Shown: piece by piece, positions 10,864 to 21,371 of the stretch
How positions within the stretch are numbered: position 1 is the stretch's first letter
How the letters are laid out: each line of letters opens with the position of its first letter
NCBI GenBank assembly: GCA_963834935.1
Contig: CAWIDS010000003.1
Location: forward strand, 37,999-101,998
Direction: 5' to 3'
DNA: 64,000 nucleotides
Source of the DNA: Candidatus Nomurabacteria bacterium
Lineage (GTDB): Bacteria; Patescibacteriota; Minisyncoccia; Phycocordibacterales; CALRBL01
Translations under genes and position numbers: made by a program
The notes under the pieces: model-generated
Databases searched by the model: none
What the model was told of the DNA's origin: nothing
Seen by the model: only the letters and a program-made list of their open reading frames with translations

Positions 10864-11175
10864 ATGTCAGGACAAGAATTGCCTCGAGACGGAAGGACTG
10901 AAACGGATATTGATCACGCAAGAGAGTTTGCAAGGAAAAAGCAAGAACTCGAAAGCCAAGGATATGAGACAAGAGAAGAAACTGTCAACGAGAGCGGAAT
11001 AGACATGATTCCGCAGGACTACGTTGGCGAGATTGACACTGAATGGGTGCCAGTCTCAAGCTACCGTTCTTACGCCGGAAATGATGACGATTCGACTTAC
11101 GAAGTGCTTTATGCGCGAAAGAAGCCTGAATCAGGCGACGTAGAGGCTTTGATCCAGCCGAACGTTGAAATCTAA
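10864..11175 (+). CDS. Hypothetical acidic protein, 103 aa
   Basis: ORF with AT-rich upstream region; no motif recognised. Confidence 0.6.
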   Translation: MSGQELPRDGRTETDIDHAREFARKKQELESQGYETREETVNESGIDMIPQDYVGEIDTEWVPVSSYRSYAGNDDDSTYEVLYARKKPESGDVEALIQPNVEI

Positions 11176-11240
11176 CCGTACCCGTCATTTGACATAATAA
11201 TTTTTTTATTCTACTTTATAGCGGAAAGGACTTTTTTGCT

Positions 11241-11729
11241 GTGAAAAAAATATTCATTCTCCGTCACGGGGAGTATAGAAACGACAACGGTCGTTACCCG
11301 TTAAGCGACAACGGAAAACGCCAAGTCCGGGAGCTCGCCTGCCTTCTGAAGGAAAACATCGGCGATGAAACGAGCATCCGCATCCTTTCGTCCGTTGCCT
11401 TAAGAGCGCTTCAAAGCGCTGACATTATTGCCGCCGCGCTCGGCGATATCGAATACGAGCAGCATGAGCTGCTCTGGTTTGATGGTGATGGCCACGGTAA
11501 GCGGGATTATGAAGGCGTAATCGAGCTCATCAGGGAAAGAGATATTGAAGTGGTGATCGTCATCACTCACGATCCATATGTCAGCAGCCTGCCTCGGCCA
11601 GTTGCATATGAGTTCTTCGGCGCAGGAGTGAGATTCCTATCACCAGGCAGAGGAGCGTGCGTCTATGCCGAAGGAATGCTTATAGACGGCGACTGCCGAA
11701 TTTATGACTATTTTCCAGCGCGGAATTAA
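11241..11729 (+). CDS. Histidine phosphatase family (SixA-like)
   Basis: IFILRHG, SSVALRALQSA, VIVITH. Confidence 0.85.
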   Translation: MKKIFILRHGEYRNDNGRYPLSDNGKRQVRELACLLKENIGDETSIRILSSVALRALQSADIIAAALGDIEYEQHELLWFDGDGHGKRDYEGVIELIRERDIEVVIVITHDPYVSSLPRPVAYEFFGAGVRFLSPGRGACVYAEGMLIDGDCRIYDYFPARN

Positions 11730-11748
11730 ATTCGCTGGCCTTTACCAC

Positions 11749-11772
11749 CGCACCTTAGGGTGCGTTTTTTTA
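11749..11772 (+). terminator. Intrinsic terminator
   Basis: CGCACC-ttag-GGTGCG followed by T-run. Confidence 0.75.
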
Positions 11773-11774
11773 TC

Positions 11775-12878
11775 TCAATAATCCGCCCACGACCACTTTA
11801 TCGCATATGATCCGATTACCACCGAAATGAATGCAGTCAGAAACAGGATTATGATGTCTTTTAAAATTCCCTGTAATGAAGAATAAAAAAGAGCTTGCCT
11901 TAATCCGTCGATGGCATATCGGATGGGAATAAAGGAGCTGAGTGTCTGAAGCCATGGAGAAAGAAAAGAAATGGTGGTGAATCCTCCGCCTAAGAAATAC
12001 ATGTAAGTAGCAAAGACAGTAGCTGCCATCGCGATAGTCCTTGTTTCCTTGAAAAGCGATCCGAGGACCGCCCCCAGGCTGGAAGCGCATGTCGAGGTAG
12101 CAATGAAAATTAATATGATCGCCCACCAATGATAGAGCGGAGGATTTATGATGCCGAACAAGGAACAAAGCGCTACTGCAGGAATAAGGACTGCCAATGA
12201 AGCCAGCAAGCCCCCCGACAAGCGCCCGGCAATCAGAGTGGATGCCGATTGTGGAGCAATGAGAAGCAGGCGAGAGGTCTTCCTCTCAATGTCTTGAGCA
12301 CACATGAGGGCAGTTCCCATCAATCCTACATTGAGGATCAGCAGGACCAGAGCCGGGATGATCTGATAATCCAGCCAATCTACATTCGTCTTTCGAATGT
12401 CGTGCTCGTCCACTTGTATCAGATACGGATTCTTGCCGGCATCTGAGGAAGATATGTTAAATTGGCCGACTGAGCGGTCGACGCTTCGCCTGATGTCGTC
12501 AGCGAAATCGATATCAATATTATTCAAAGTCAGCATCACGTCTCCGCCATTCTTCATCACTTCAGCATCGAAATCGGCGGGTATAGTGATGATTGCCGCG
12601 ATCTTTTGGTCTGAGAGCATTTTTTCGGCGGTTTTCGAGTCCGTCAATGTAAGCAGATACGCATCGTCGTCAGCCTGGATGATGTGCGACATCCTTTGCG
12701 CGGCTGTACCGTTGCTGCCAAGCACCAAAGCGACTGGCTGCTGCGTCACCGTAAAGCTCAGGATCACCAGGAAGAAAGTCATCATTATCGGCGGCAGCAA
12801 GACGCTTGCCATCGCGAGCGGCATCCTCCACCACCTAAGTAGATCGAGCTGCGCTAATTTCCATATGTTCCTGATCAT
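11775..12878 (-). CDS. ABC-2 type transporter permease
   Basis: Multi-TM ABC-2 permease layout with extracytoplasmic loop; PIRYAIDGLR. Confidence 0.9.
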   Translation of the reverse strand: MIRNIWKLAQLDLLRWWRMPLAMASVLLPPIMMTFFLVILSFTVTQQPVALVLGSNGTAAQRMSHIIQADDDAYLLTLTDSKTAEKMLSDQKIAAIITIPADFDAEVMKNGGDVMLTLNNIDIDFADDIRRSVDRSVGQFNISSSDAGKNPYLIQVDEHDIRKTNVDWLDYQIIPALVLLILNVGLMGTALMCAQDIERKTSRLLLIAPQSASTLIAGRLSGGLLASLAVLIPAVALCSLFGIINPPLYHWWAIILIFIATSTCASSLGAVLGSLFKETRTIAMAATVFATYMYFLGGGFTTISFLSPWLQTLSSFIPIRYAIDGLRQALFYSSLQGILKDIIILFLTAFISVVIGSYAIKWSWADY

Positions 12879-13978
12879 CGCTGCATTTTATTATTAAGGG
12901 AGAAAAATCCTATGAAAAGCGCTATAGCGGCAAATATGCCTAGGATGAGAAAATCCATCGCCACCGATTCTGGCGTGACTTTGAGATTCAGCATCGATGA
13001 TTCCAATATCCCGACGGAATAATACATCGGCGAGAGATGGGCTATCCTCCAGATCAGCTCGCCATCGAACCTTTGGGGCTCATAAGCCCCGCTTATGAGA
13101 TAGAGTGGCATGGATATTCCAAAAATCAAAGAAGCGACTGGCAGCGGCTTCCTGATCAGGGCACCGATGGCCGCCCCGACGAAGCTGAAAATAAGGACCG
13201 ACAGGATAAGCCCTGACATCATTTTCAGAGGATGATACGGCCTGATTCCATAGCCGAATATGACAAGTGCGAGAACAAGACATAGTGCAGCAGCCGAGAC
13301 TGTGCTGTCCGCCAATACCCGCCCGAAAAGGGAAACTAACGGATTTGCCGGCGAGATGCGAAGAAGGTTGATCATCTTCGATTCGAATTCAGCTGCTATT
13401 GAAATCGCGCCAAGGATTCCGGAGATGATGAATGCGCTCAAAGCCAAAGCGCTTACGACCAAGTAAGAGATGAAACCCGTATCATGATCGATAAGGTCGT
13501 TCTCTTGCGCTCGGACCGAAATGCCTGGAAGATTCAGGCTGTTTCCGAAATGAGTGATTGCCGAAGGAAGAGCTCTCTGGATATCGTCAGTCATGTCCGT
13601 ATCGATATTATTCAAAGACAGATTGGCTGAAGCGGCCGAGCCGTACGAGATCTTTTCCGAAAAGCCTTCGGGAATAGTGATTATCGCCACAATATGCCCC
13701 TTATCCATCTCAGCTGAGGCTTCTTTCTGATCCATCCTCATGAGATCGAATGAGTCATGTGCCTCCTGAAGATCTTGGATGAAGAGATCGGAATATGCTG
13801 CATGGTCATTATCTACGAGCCCGGTCGGCGCGAAAGATCCTGCCATGCCGAAGAAATTCACAAGGAAGATGAAGGTGATCGCCTGCACCGCTGTCAGAAG
13901 CAATAAAAAAGGAGACCTGCCCAGCCTGATCAATTCCGAGCGGAAGGAACCGTAAAAAGAAGAGTAATCATTGCTCAT
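12875..13978 (-). CDS. ABC-2 type transporter permease
   Basis: Paralogous layout; start moved to MSNDYSS overlapping the ATPase stop. Confidence 0.88.
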   Translation of the reverse strand: MSNDYSSFYGSFRSELIRLGRSPFLLLLTAVQAITFIFLVNFFGMAGSFAPTGLVDNDHAAYSDLFIQDLQEAHDSFDLMRMDQKEASAEMDKGHIVAIITIPEGFSEKISYGSAASANLSLNNIDTDMTDDIQRALPSAITHFGNSLNLPGISVRAQENDLIDHDTGFISYLVVSALALSAFIISGILGAISIAAEFESKMINLLRISPANPLVSLFGRVLADSTVSAAALCLVLALVIFGYGIRPYHPLKMMSGLILSVLIFSFVGAAIGALIRKPLPVASLIFGISMPLYLISGAYEPQRFDGELIWRIAHLSPMYYSVGILESSMLNLKVTPESVAMDFLILGIFAAIALFIGFFSLNNKMQR

Positions 13979-14882
13979 TTTTTTCTTCGAATGTGCTGAA
14001 GACCTCCGCAAGGTCCGGCTCGCGGATGCGGAACCTGCCATTCGGGACCTCTTTCAGCACGAAGGCTATCACTTCCTGGGAAATCGACGTGCTCTTCAAG
14101 TAAAGCGAGAACCCGCTCGAGGTAATGTCGGCGCGCATAATATCCGGCCGGCTAGAGATGTGAGGCACGACCGACTTCGCTTCTTCCTTGCCGCATTCCA
14201 TATCAAGGCAGACTCCTATCCTTGAAAGCAGAGCCTCGGATGACTCTGATGCCACCAGCCGTCCATCCTTGAGGACCGCAACTCTGTCGCACAGCGCCCG
14301 GATTTCATCGATGTAGTTGGTTGCGACAATGATGGTCTTGCCTTGCGATTTCAGCAGCCTGAGATACGACCAGATATCATAGCGCGCTTCGGCATCGACC
14401 CCGAGTGTCGGCTCGTCGATGATGAACAAGTCGGGATCGTGAAGCAAAGACCGGGCGATGCTTATGCGCCTCCTTAATCCGCCGGACAAGGTCTTAACCA
14501 TCTGCGCTGCCCTGTCAGACAATCCAAGAAGATCAAGAACCTCTTTTATTTTTTGTTTCGGGTCCTTCACGCCATATAGCGAAGCCGAGAATTGGAGATT
14601 CTCGAATACGGTCAGCTCTTCATACAATGCGGTCTCCTGGAAGACGACCCCGATCCGCTGCCTATATCTTTTGCTTGATAGGTCCTTTTCCCCCATTGAC
14701 TCGATAGTCCCTTCAGACGGCCGGCGCAATCCCATGATAAGCGAAAGAAGCGTCGATTTGCCGGCGCCATTCAATCCGAGTATTCCGGTAATGCTTCCTT
14801 TCTGAATGCTTAGAGTAATATCCTTGAGAATCGTTTTCTTCTTTATTAAGAAAGAAACTTCATTGCATGAGATCTCTGCCAT
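13968..14882 (-). CDS. ABC transporter ATP-binding protein (DrrA-like)
   Basis: GLNGAGKS, LSGG, IIDEPT. Confidence 0.95.
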   Translation of the reverse strand: MAEISCNEVSFLIKKKTILKDITLSIQKGSITGILGLNGAGKSTLLSLIMGLRRPSEGTIESMGEKDLSSKRYRQRIGVVFQETALYEELTVFENLQFSASLYGVKDPKQKIKEVLDLLGLSDRAAQMVKTLSGGLRRRISIARSLLHDPDLFIIDEPTLGVDAEARYDIWSYLRLLKSQGKTIIVATNYIDEIRALCDRVAVLKDGRLVASESSEALLSRIGVCLDMECGKEEAKSVVPHISSRPDIMRADITSSGFSLYLKSTSISQEVIAFVLKEVPNGRFRIREPDLAEVFSTFEEKNEQ

Positions 14883-14924
14883 TGCATGATTATAACAGTA
14901 ATAATGACCTTCTGCAATTGACTC

Positions 14925-16694
14925 CTATTTCTTCGACGCGCTTTTCAAGAGCTCAAGCACTTGTTTCTCGTCAGCCACTTGCTTCACTTCACCGCCGCCG
15001 ACGAACAGTATCTCATCAGCTTTTTTAATGGTGTTGAGGCGGTGGGCAATGATGACTTTGGTGGTATCTTCAGGCAGCGAATCGATAAGCTTCTGGAGAT
15101 TCGCTTCTGTGACCGTGTCGATATTGGCGGTGGCTTCGTCAAGAATGAGGAATTCCGGCTCGCGGAGGATGGTGCGGGCGAAAGAGATGATCTGCTTCTG
15201 GCCGATGCTTATGTTTTCCGATCCGCCTTCGATGTGGGTCTTCAGGCCATCAGGAAATCGTTTCAGCAAGTCTGCCATCTTTTTTTCTTCAAGAAGCTTT
15301 TCAAGCTCGTCATCAGTCATGGTGAAGAATTTGTCGTTTCCGTAGCGGATATTGTCCGCTACGCTTCCCGAGAAAAGGAAAGGCTCCTGGAGGATGACGC
15401 TGACATGTCCTGACAGATGGTCCCGGTCATAGGTGCGCATATCCTTGCCCTTCCAGAAGACCGTTCCGGAAACGGGATCATACAGGCGAGCCATAAGCGA
15501 AGCGATGGTGCTTTTTCCTCCTCCAGTCGGCCCTACCAATGCATATGTCTTTCCTTTGCATAAAGAAAACGTTACGTTCTTGAGAACATGGCTTTTCTCC
15601 TCATAGCCAAAACCGACATTGTCAAAAAGCATCACAGCTTCTTGATCCGATCCCTGAGGAAAAGGATTGCCATCCGAGACTTGCACGACGTTTGATGACA
15701 GGGAAAGTATATCGCTGATCCTTCCCCACGATGCGAGCGATACCTGTATGTCGCCAAAGATGTTTGCGATAAAGCGGAGCGGATCGTAGAATTTTTGGCT
15801 ATAGTTAAGGAAGCTCACCAAAAGCCCAATGGTTATCTGGCCATGCATGGCGAGGTAGATGCCATATGCCAAGACGACGGCTTGAGCGATGTAGCCGGCA
15901 AAATCATAGAGCGGCGAAAAGACTTGATTGAGGAAGCTGGCAAGAAGGGACTTCGAATAGACCTGCTTGTTGAGATCCGATAGCGAGCTTTCAAAGAAAT
16001 TGCGCCGATCGAAAGCGATGTTGGCCTTGAAGTTGGTAAGCTGCTCAGCAACCCCAGCAGTGAATATTCCGAGCGATGCCGAGCTTTTCCTATTAGCACT
16101 CTCGAGGAAAGGAGAAACGACGCGAGTGACAACAAGAAGAAAGATGGTCGAAGAAAGAAGCACCAAAGCAAGCTTCCAATTGAGATACAGGATGAATGCA
16201 CCGATGCCGACCAAGGTGAATGAACTTCCGGCAAAGCGAAGGATGCTTTCCGAAAGAAATTGCGAGAGCTTGTCGGTATCATTGTTGATGCGAGACATCA
16301 GGTCGCCGGTCTTGTTTTGATTGAAAAAAGCGATCGGAAGGGATTGGATCTTCTTGAAGATGTCAGCGCGGAGCTTATAAAGTGCCTGCTGTCCGACCTT
16401 ACCCATGATATTCTGCTGAAAATAAGTAATGACACCACTTGCGAGATAGAGAATTATCAAAAAGAATATCAGGCGCGCTAGTCCGGCGAGATTTCCATGC
16501 GCGATATAGACGTCGATCGCATCTCCGAGATAATAAGGCGTGACTATCGATGCGATCGAGCTCAGCACCACCAGCACGATTGACCACGCAAGCCTTTTCT
16601 TGTTGAGATACGAGCCTAATTCCTTGCCACTCTGATAAAGCCTTCTCAAATAGGATTTTTCATTCTTCTTTATGCTGTTCAGATCGTAGTACAT
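14925..16694 (-). CDS. ABC exporter, fused permease-ATPase (heterodimer partner)
   Basis: GPTGGGKS, degenerate signature ISIGQ, ILDEAT, IAHRL. Confidence 0.95.
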   Translation of the reverse strand: MYYDLNSIKKNEKSYLRRLYQSGKELGSYLNKKRLAWSIVLVVLSSIASIVTPYYLGDAIDVYIAHGNLAGLARLIFFLIILYLASGVITYFQQNIMGKVGQQALYKLRADIFKKIQSLPIAFFNQNKTGDLMSRINNDTDKLSQFLSESILRFAGSSFTLVGIGAFILYLNWKLALVLLSSTIFLLVVTRVVSPFLESANRKSSASLGIFTAGVAEQLTNFKANIAFDRRNFFESSLSDLNKQVYSKSLLASFLNQVFSPLYDFAGYIAQAVVLAYGIYLAMHGQITIGLLVSFLNYSQKFYDPLRFIANIFGDIQVSLASWGRISDILSLSSNVVQVSDGNPFPQGSDQEAVMLFDNVGFGYEEKSHVLKNVTFSLCKGKTYALVGPTGGGKSTIASLMARLYDPVSGTVFWKGKDMRTYDRDHLSGHVSVILQEPFLFSGSVADNIRYGNDKFFTMTDDELEKLLEEKKMADLLKRFPDGLKTHIEGGSENISIGQKQIISFARTILREPEFLILDEATANIDTVTEANLQKLIDSLPEDTTKVIIAHRLNTIKKADEILFVGGGEVKQVADEKQVLELLKSASKK

Positions 16695-16699
16695 AAATT

Positions 16700-18400
16700 T
16701 TAATGGGATTCGGTCGATTGCTGCGATTCATAAATCTGGCGATACTCCAGAGAGCCTTTGATGAGCTCGTCATGCGTTCCTTGGGCTATCAATTCTCCCT
16801 CCATCAGCACGATGATGTGGTCATAGTGCCTGATAGGCTCTATTTTCTGAGTAATGGAAATAAGGGTGATACCACCGAACTGCTCGTTGATATTCTTCAA
16901 TATCCTTTCCTCAGTTCCCGCATCGACGCGCGAAGTGAAATCGTCAAGAAGCAGTATCTTCGGATTGAGGGAAAGGGCGCGAGCAAGCATGAGACGCTGC
17001 TTCTGACCCCCTGAAAGGCTCGTACCGCGCTCGCTGACATTGGTGTCGATTCCTTGCGGCAATTCTTTCACCAAGGAAGAAAGCTCAGCGGCATCGATAG
17101 CCTTAGAAAGCATAGCTTGATCTGCATCGCTTTTGAAAAGGATATTTTCCTTGAAGGACGTATTGAAGATGATGCTGTCTTGAAAGACCATTCCCACCTG
17201 AGACAGAAATGTCGAGGAATTCCACTCCTTCAAAGGCTTGCCGTCCACAGTAATCTCTCCTTCGGTCGGCTCCGCAAGGCCTGCAAGAAGATAGAAGAGC
17301 TCTGTCTTGCCGGCTCCTGTCGGACCAATGATTGCTGTGCGCGTATGAGGCATGATCTCGAAAGAAATATCCTTCAGTATTTCCTTTTCTCCGTATTTGA
17401 GAGTAACACTGTCAAATATTATATGTCCTTTGAGGACATCGTCGGTCACTTGGGTCGTCCGATAGCCTTCGTCGTCAGCGGCATCAAGCACCTCGTTGAT
17501 CCTCTTTAGCGATACTTGCGCGCGCGAGACGAAGGTCCCGGCGAACGAAAGAATGAAGAACGGCCAGATGAAAACTGACGTATATGAGAAGAATGCGCTC
17601 ATCTCTCCGATCGACAGATTACCTTTTATAACATCGCTTCCTCCGTACCAAAGGACGATCAGGACCGCGAAGTTCGAAAGTAGAGTGATGATCGGAATTA
17701 GTCCAGCAAAGAAGGTGACAATATCCTGGCTGATCTTCGTTCCGAGCTTATTGACCACATCGAACTTCTGCAATTCGAAGCGGGTGGCATTGAGCACGCG
17801 CACCAATGCCGAAGCGATAATGCTTTCATTGATGGTCTTGTTTATATCATCGAGATTTATCTGCCCTTTGCCGAAAAGGGCTCCTATCTTGCCGAAAATG
17901 AGGCCGAACACCAGGATGATGAGCGGTATGACAGACAAGGTAAGCAATGCGAGCTTCAGGTTGATAAGCACAAGGAAAATGACGACGCCTACTAAAGTGA
18001 CTGCGGCGGTCAGGATAGAGACGATTCCCGAAGCGACCAAGTTCTTTACGGCATCCACATCGGATGTCATGACAGTGATCAGCCTTCCTCCCGTCACGCT
18101 TCGCATGTATTTGAATGACCTGTCTTTGAGCGAAGCCACGAGCTTGTTGCGCAAATCGAGTCCGATCTTTTCCGAAGCGTAACTGGCGATTGCTGACTGT
18201 ATGAACGTCAATAGAAGAACAATCAGTGCGATGCCGCCAAGCACCAGAAGCGCGCCCTCTGCATTGAAATTGCCTTTATTGTAGAGGTCTATATACTCAC
18301 CAAGCTTCTTGGGGAAGAAAAGCGAAAGGATGTTCGCACCCACGGAAAAAATGAATATGAAAAAAATCAAAAGGCTATAGGGCTTCAGTGCTTTTATCAT
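16700..18400 (-). CDS. ABC exporter, fused permease-ATPase (degenerate-site partner)
   Basis: GPTGAGKT, LSGGQ, Walker B LLLDD, H-loop replaced by Q (ITQK): TM287/288-type heterodimer. Confidence 0.95.
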   Translation of the reverse strand: MIKALKPYSLLIFFIFIFSVGANILSLFFPKKLGEYIDLYNKGNFNAEGALLVLGGIALIVLLLTFIQSAIASYASEKIGLDLRNKLVASLKDRSFKYMRSVTGGRLITVMTSDVDAVKNLVASGIVSILTAAVTLVGVVIFLVLINLKLALLTLSVIPLIILVFGLIFGKIGALFGKGQINLDDINKTINESIIASALVRVLNATRFELQKFDVVNKLGTKISQDIVTFFAGLIPIITLLSNFAVLIVLWYGGSDVIKGNLSIGEMSAFFSYTSVFIWPFFILSFAGTFVSRAQVSLKRINEVLDAADDEGYRTTQVTDDVLKGHIIFDSVTLKYGEKEILKDISFEIMPHTRTAIIGPTGAGKTELFYLLAGLAEPTEGEITVDGKPLKEWNSSTFLSQVGMVFQDSIIFNTSFKENILFKSDADQAMLSKAIDAAELSSLVKELPQGIDTNVSERGTSLSGGQKQRLMLARALSLNPKILLLDDFTSRVDAGTEERILKNINEQFGGITLISITQKIEPIRHYDHIIVLMEGELIAQGTHDELIKGSLEYRQIYESQQSTESH

Positions 18401-18606
18401 AGTGATTTCTCGATTTCTTTGAAGACATTCTCTTTCTCTTTGAGCTCGGCGCGGCCGAGTTTCAGCAATTCCGACCCTTCCTTCAGCTTTTCAATACTTT
18501 TTTCGACATCAATCTCCATCTCATCATCAAAATACGAAGCTATCTCGCGGAGCTTTTTCAGTATGTCCGACAAGCCGGGTGTAGTTTTGTTACTTTTCTT
18601 CGCCAT
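18397..18606 (-). CDS. xseB: Exodeoxyribonuclease VII small subunit
   Basis: 69-aa coiled-coil protein directly after xseA. Confidence 0.85.
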   Translation of the reverse strand: MAKKSNKTTPGLSDILKKLREIASYFDDEMEIDVEKSIEKLKEGSELLKLGRAELKEKENVFKEIEKSL

Positions 18607-18612
18607 AGGGCC

Positions 18613-19704
18613 TCATATTATCACACCTTCAGATTTTCCGTCACCAAATTGAACTTCTATCTCGTCGCCTTTCCTAAGCGATTTTGACTTCGATATAACC
18701 TTGCCTTTCGAGCGAACAATCGAAAAGCCGCGATTCAATTGCCGGACCGGATCATGTGCTGAAAAAATGACTGAAAAATTCTGGAATTGCCTTTCGGTCT
18801 CGGCAATGATCTCTTTAGCATGTCTTCTGAAGTCCTTTGAGTAAATTTCGAATGCTCCTTCAGTCTGTTGTACCAGTCTTGAAAAGGCGTTCTGAATCTT
18901 GTTTGAAAGGAGAGAAAATTCATATGAGGCGCTCATCCACGGCTCGTTAAGAAGCGCAGTGATGGCGGTTGGCGTCGATGTCATCATGTCGGCAGCAAAG
19001 GAAAGCAATGGCACGTCCTTGTCATGGCCAAGGCCAACAATGACAGGAAAGGGCAGGTCCAAAATCTCGCGTATGACCGCTTCATTATTGAAGGCGATAA
19101 ATGACTCGAGGGAACCGCCTCCTCGAATAATGACCAGTACATCGATGTCCCTGTTCTTGAATGTCCTTATCGAGGAGATTATTTCTTCGACTGCTCTTGA
19201 TCCCTCGACTCGCGAATTGACCAATTCTGTCTGGAAACCATACTGACCGAGATTATTGAGAAAATCGTGTATGACTGCGCCTTCTCTGGAGGTGATCACC
19301 CCTATTTTCAACGGAAAAGCAGGCAAACTTTTCTTGCGAGCTTCGGCGAACACTCCCTCAGCTTCGAGTTTCGCCTTCAGCTTGTCATACGCTTTCTTAA
19401 GTTCGCCCTCGCCGACGAGTTCGATGACTTGCGCCTTGAACGTCAGCCGTCCCATCGGCTTGTATATTTCAGGCTGACCGATAACGAGCACTTCTGTTCC
19501 CTCCTTCAGGTCAAGGCTGAGCATCGAGTAAGTGGAGAGCCATATCAAGCAGGAAAGGACGCTCCCGTCTTTCATGTCGCGCAAAGTAAAATAGACCGCC
19601 TTGCCGCGAATGGTAATCTGGCCTATTTCCCCGGAAACGCTTCCTGAAAGTGGAGCGATCGTTTCCTGCAGGATTCCGAGATATTCGCTTACTGAAAAAA
19701 TCAT
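18613..19704 (-). CDS. xseA: Exodeoxyribonuclease VII large subunit
   Basis: OB fold YFTLRD, IGVITS, RGGGS, GLGHDKD, STPTA. Confidence 0.96.
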   Translation of the reverse strand: MIFSVSEYLGILQETIAPLSGSVSGEIGQITIRGKAVYFTLRDMKDGSVLSCLIWLSTYSMLSLDLKEGTEVLVIGQPEIYKPMGRLTFKAQVIELVGEGELKKAYDKLKAKLEAEGVFAEARKKSLPAFPLKIGVITSREGAVIHDFLNNLGQYGFQTELVNSRVEGSRAVEEIISSIRTFKNRDIDVLVIIRGGGSLESFIAFNNEAVIREILDLPFPVIVGLGHDKDVPLLSFAADMMTSTPTAITALLNEPWMSASYEFSLLSNKIQNAFSRLVQQTEGAFEIYSKDFRRHAKEIIAETERQFQNFSVIFSAHDPVRQLNRGFSIVRSKGKVISKSKSLRKGDEIEVQFGDGKSEGVII

Positions 19705-20219
19705 TATTGGGCCTTAAAGCTTGCGCGGACGATATCAGAACCATTCATCACCAGGTTTGACGGGCTATAATCAAAATCAGGGCTGTCATTGTAAAGCACG
19801 ACGTCATAAGTCGCGCCTGGTACGGTCGCTCTTGATACATATATGGAAGCATTCTGATAATTTCCTGCAAATATCTTGCGGGCCCCGAGGACGCGAGGAG
19901 TGGTAGTGGACTCTATATGGTCGCGGATGGCAACCCAGTAATTCTTGTCGAGCGAAAGCGTCGCAAGGGTTACTGAATTTCCTGCAGGCTGATCAGAAAC
20001 AGAAACCCATTCAGCGCTTAAGCTGCTCGTGGACGAAGCCGAAACGGAAGTCGAGGTGGAGACCGCCGAATTGTTTGGAATAGTGTTCACCCCGCCGGCA
20101 AACTTGCCCGCAGACATGTTTCCGATGATAAAGCCGATAAGAAGGCCGAGGACGAAAGCTATTCCCAACGAAGTATTGAAGGAGATGCGTCCCTCTTCTG
20201 GTATTTGTTCCGGATTCAT
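19704..20219 (-). CDS. Hypothetical membrane-anchored protein
   Basis: N-terminal TM, Ser/Thr linker, beta-rich domain. Confidence 0.75.
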   Translation of the reverse strand: MNPEQIPEEGRISFNTSLGIAFVLGLLIGFIIGNMSAGKFAGGVNTIPNNSAVSTSTSVSASSTSSLSAEWVSVSDQPAGNSVTLATLSLDKNYWVAIRDHIESTTTPRVLGARKIFAGNYQNASIYVSRATVPGATYDVVLYNDSPDFDYSPSNLVMNGSDIVRASFKAQ

Positions 20220-20244
20220 ATATATTCATTGTAACATACGCCAG

Positions 20245-20829
20245 ATGAAATATGCCAACTTCATAGCTTCAGCTTTTTTGATTTCCGCCGTCGTCTTTTT
20301 AGATCCAAAAGGTCAGCCCTTTAGCTCTTTCAGCGCGAATATGCAGAAGAGTTTTTATCTTGATGATTGCAAAAAAGACACTGTCCATCCGCCTTCGGGC
20401 GACAATTCCCTTTTCCAGGTCATAAGCGTCATAGATGGCGACACGATTGAGATAGAGAAAGGCTGCAAGCCGATAAAAATACGCTTCATTGGCATCAATA
20501 CGCCCGAAAGCGTCGATCCCCGCCGTCCCATCCAATGTTTCGGCCTTGAAGCATCTCATCATGCGAAAGAAGTCCTTTCGGGCAGGAAGGTTCGCATCGA
20601 GACCGACTCTTCGCAAAATGCATTGGACAAGTATGGAAGAACGTTGGGATATGTAATACTAGAGGACGGGACCAACTTTAATCTTGAAGAGGTCCGGGAC
20701 GGCTACGCGTATGAATATACCTATGACACCCCCTACAAATATCAAAAAGAATTCAAGCAAGCAGAAGAAGACGCCCGCGAGCAAGGAAGAGGCCTTTGGG
20801 CTCAAAACACCTGTGATGGAAAAAAGTAA
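20245..20829 (+). CDS. Thermonuclease (SNase-like), secreted
   Basis: VIDGDT, IRFIGINTPE, DKYGRTL, GRGLW. Confidence 0.93.
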   Translation: MKYANFIASAFLISAVVFLDPKGQPFSSFSANMQKSFYLDDCKKDTVHPPSGDNSLFQVISVIDGDTIEIEKGCKPIKIRFIGINTPESVDPRRPIQCFGLEASHHAKEVLSGRKVRIETDSSQNALDKYGRTLGYVILEDGTNFNLEEVRDGYAYEYTYDTPYKYQKEFKQAEEDAREQGRGLWAQNTCDGKK

Positions 20830-21358
20830 GCATCAGCAGCTGAAGGAACTCATCGATGCCCATATCAAGATGGTGTATAATTTCATATTCAGGATGACTG
20901 GAAATTCCGATGAAGCGCAGGACCTCACCCAGGAGACGTTCATCCGCATATGGAAGAACATAAACAAATATGACCCCGAACGAAATGCCAAGGCGTGGAT
21001 CTTAGCCATTGCGCGGAATGCGACTATTGACTGGATCAGGAAAAGCAAGCCGCTTACCTTTTCGCAGCTGCAGAGGGAAGGATCTGATGATTCATTCGAG
21101 GAAAATATCGCTGACCTCTCGCCGCTTGCCGACGAGCTTTTCGAGCAGAATGAAAGGAAGCTGCTGACCGAAAGCATATTACCGAAGATTAATCCCGAAT
21201 ACAGAGCCATCATACTTCTTCACCTTTTCGAGGAAATGACATTCGAGCAGATTGCCTTGGCGCTTAAGAGGCCTATAAATACCGTCAAAAGCCAATACCG
21301 AAGAGGATTGATAGAGCTTAAGAAGCATGCTGACCTGCACCAAAAACCTCTCTTATAG
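20816..21358 (+). CDS. ECF RNA polymerase sigma factor
   Basis: AQDLTQETFIRIW, WILAIARN, region 4 TVKSQYRR; start at MEKSK. Confidence 0.93.
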   Translation: MEKSKHQQLKELIDAHIKMVYNFIFRMTGNSDEAQDLTQETFIRIWKNINKYDPERNAKAWILAIARNATIDWIRKSKPLTFSQLQREGSDDSFEENIADLSPLADELFEQNERKLLTESILPKINPEYRAIILLHLFEEMTFEQIALALKRPINTVKSQYRRGLIELKKHADLHQKPLL

Positions 21359-21362
21359 CGTA
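21336..21362 (+). promoter_or_regulatory. Candidate ECF promoter within the sigma gene 3' end
   Basis: TGCACC-N17-CGTA, resembling SigW-type TGAAAC-N16-CGTA. Confidence 0.5.
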
Positions 21363-21371
21363 GTAGTGGAT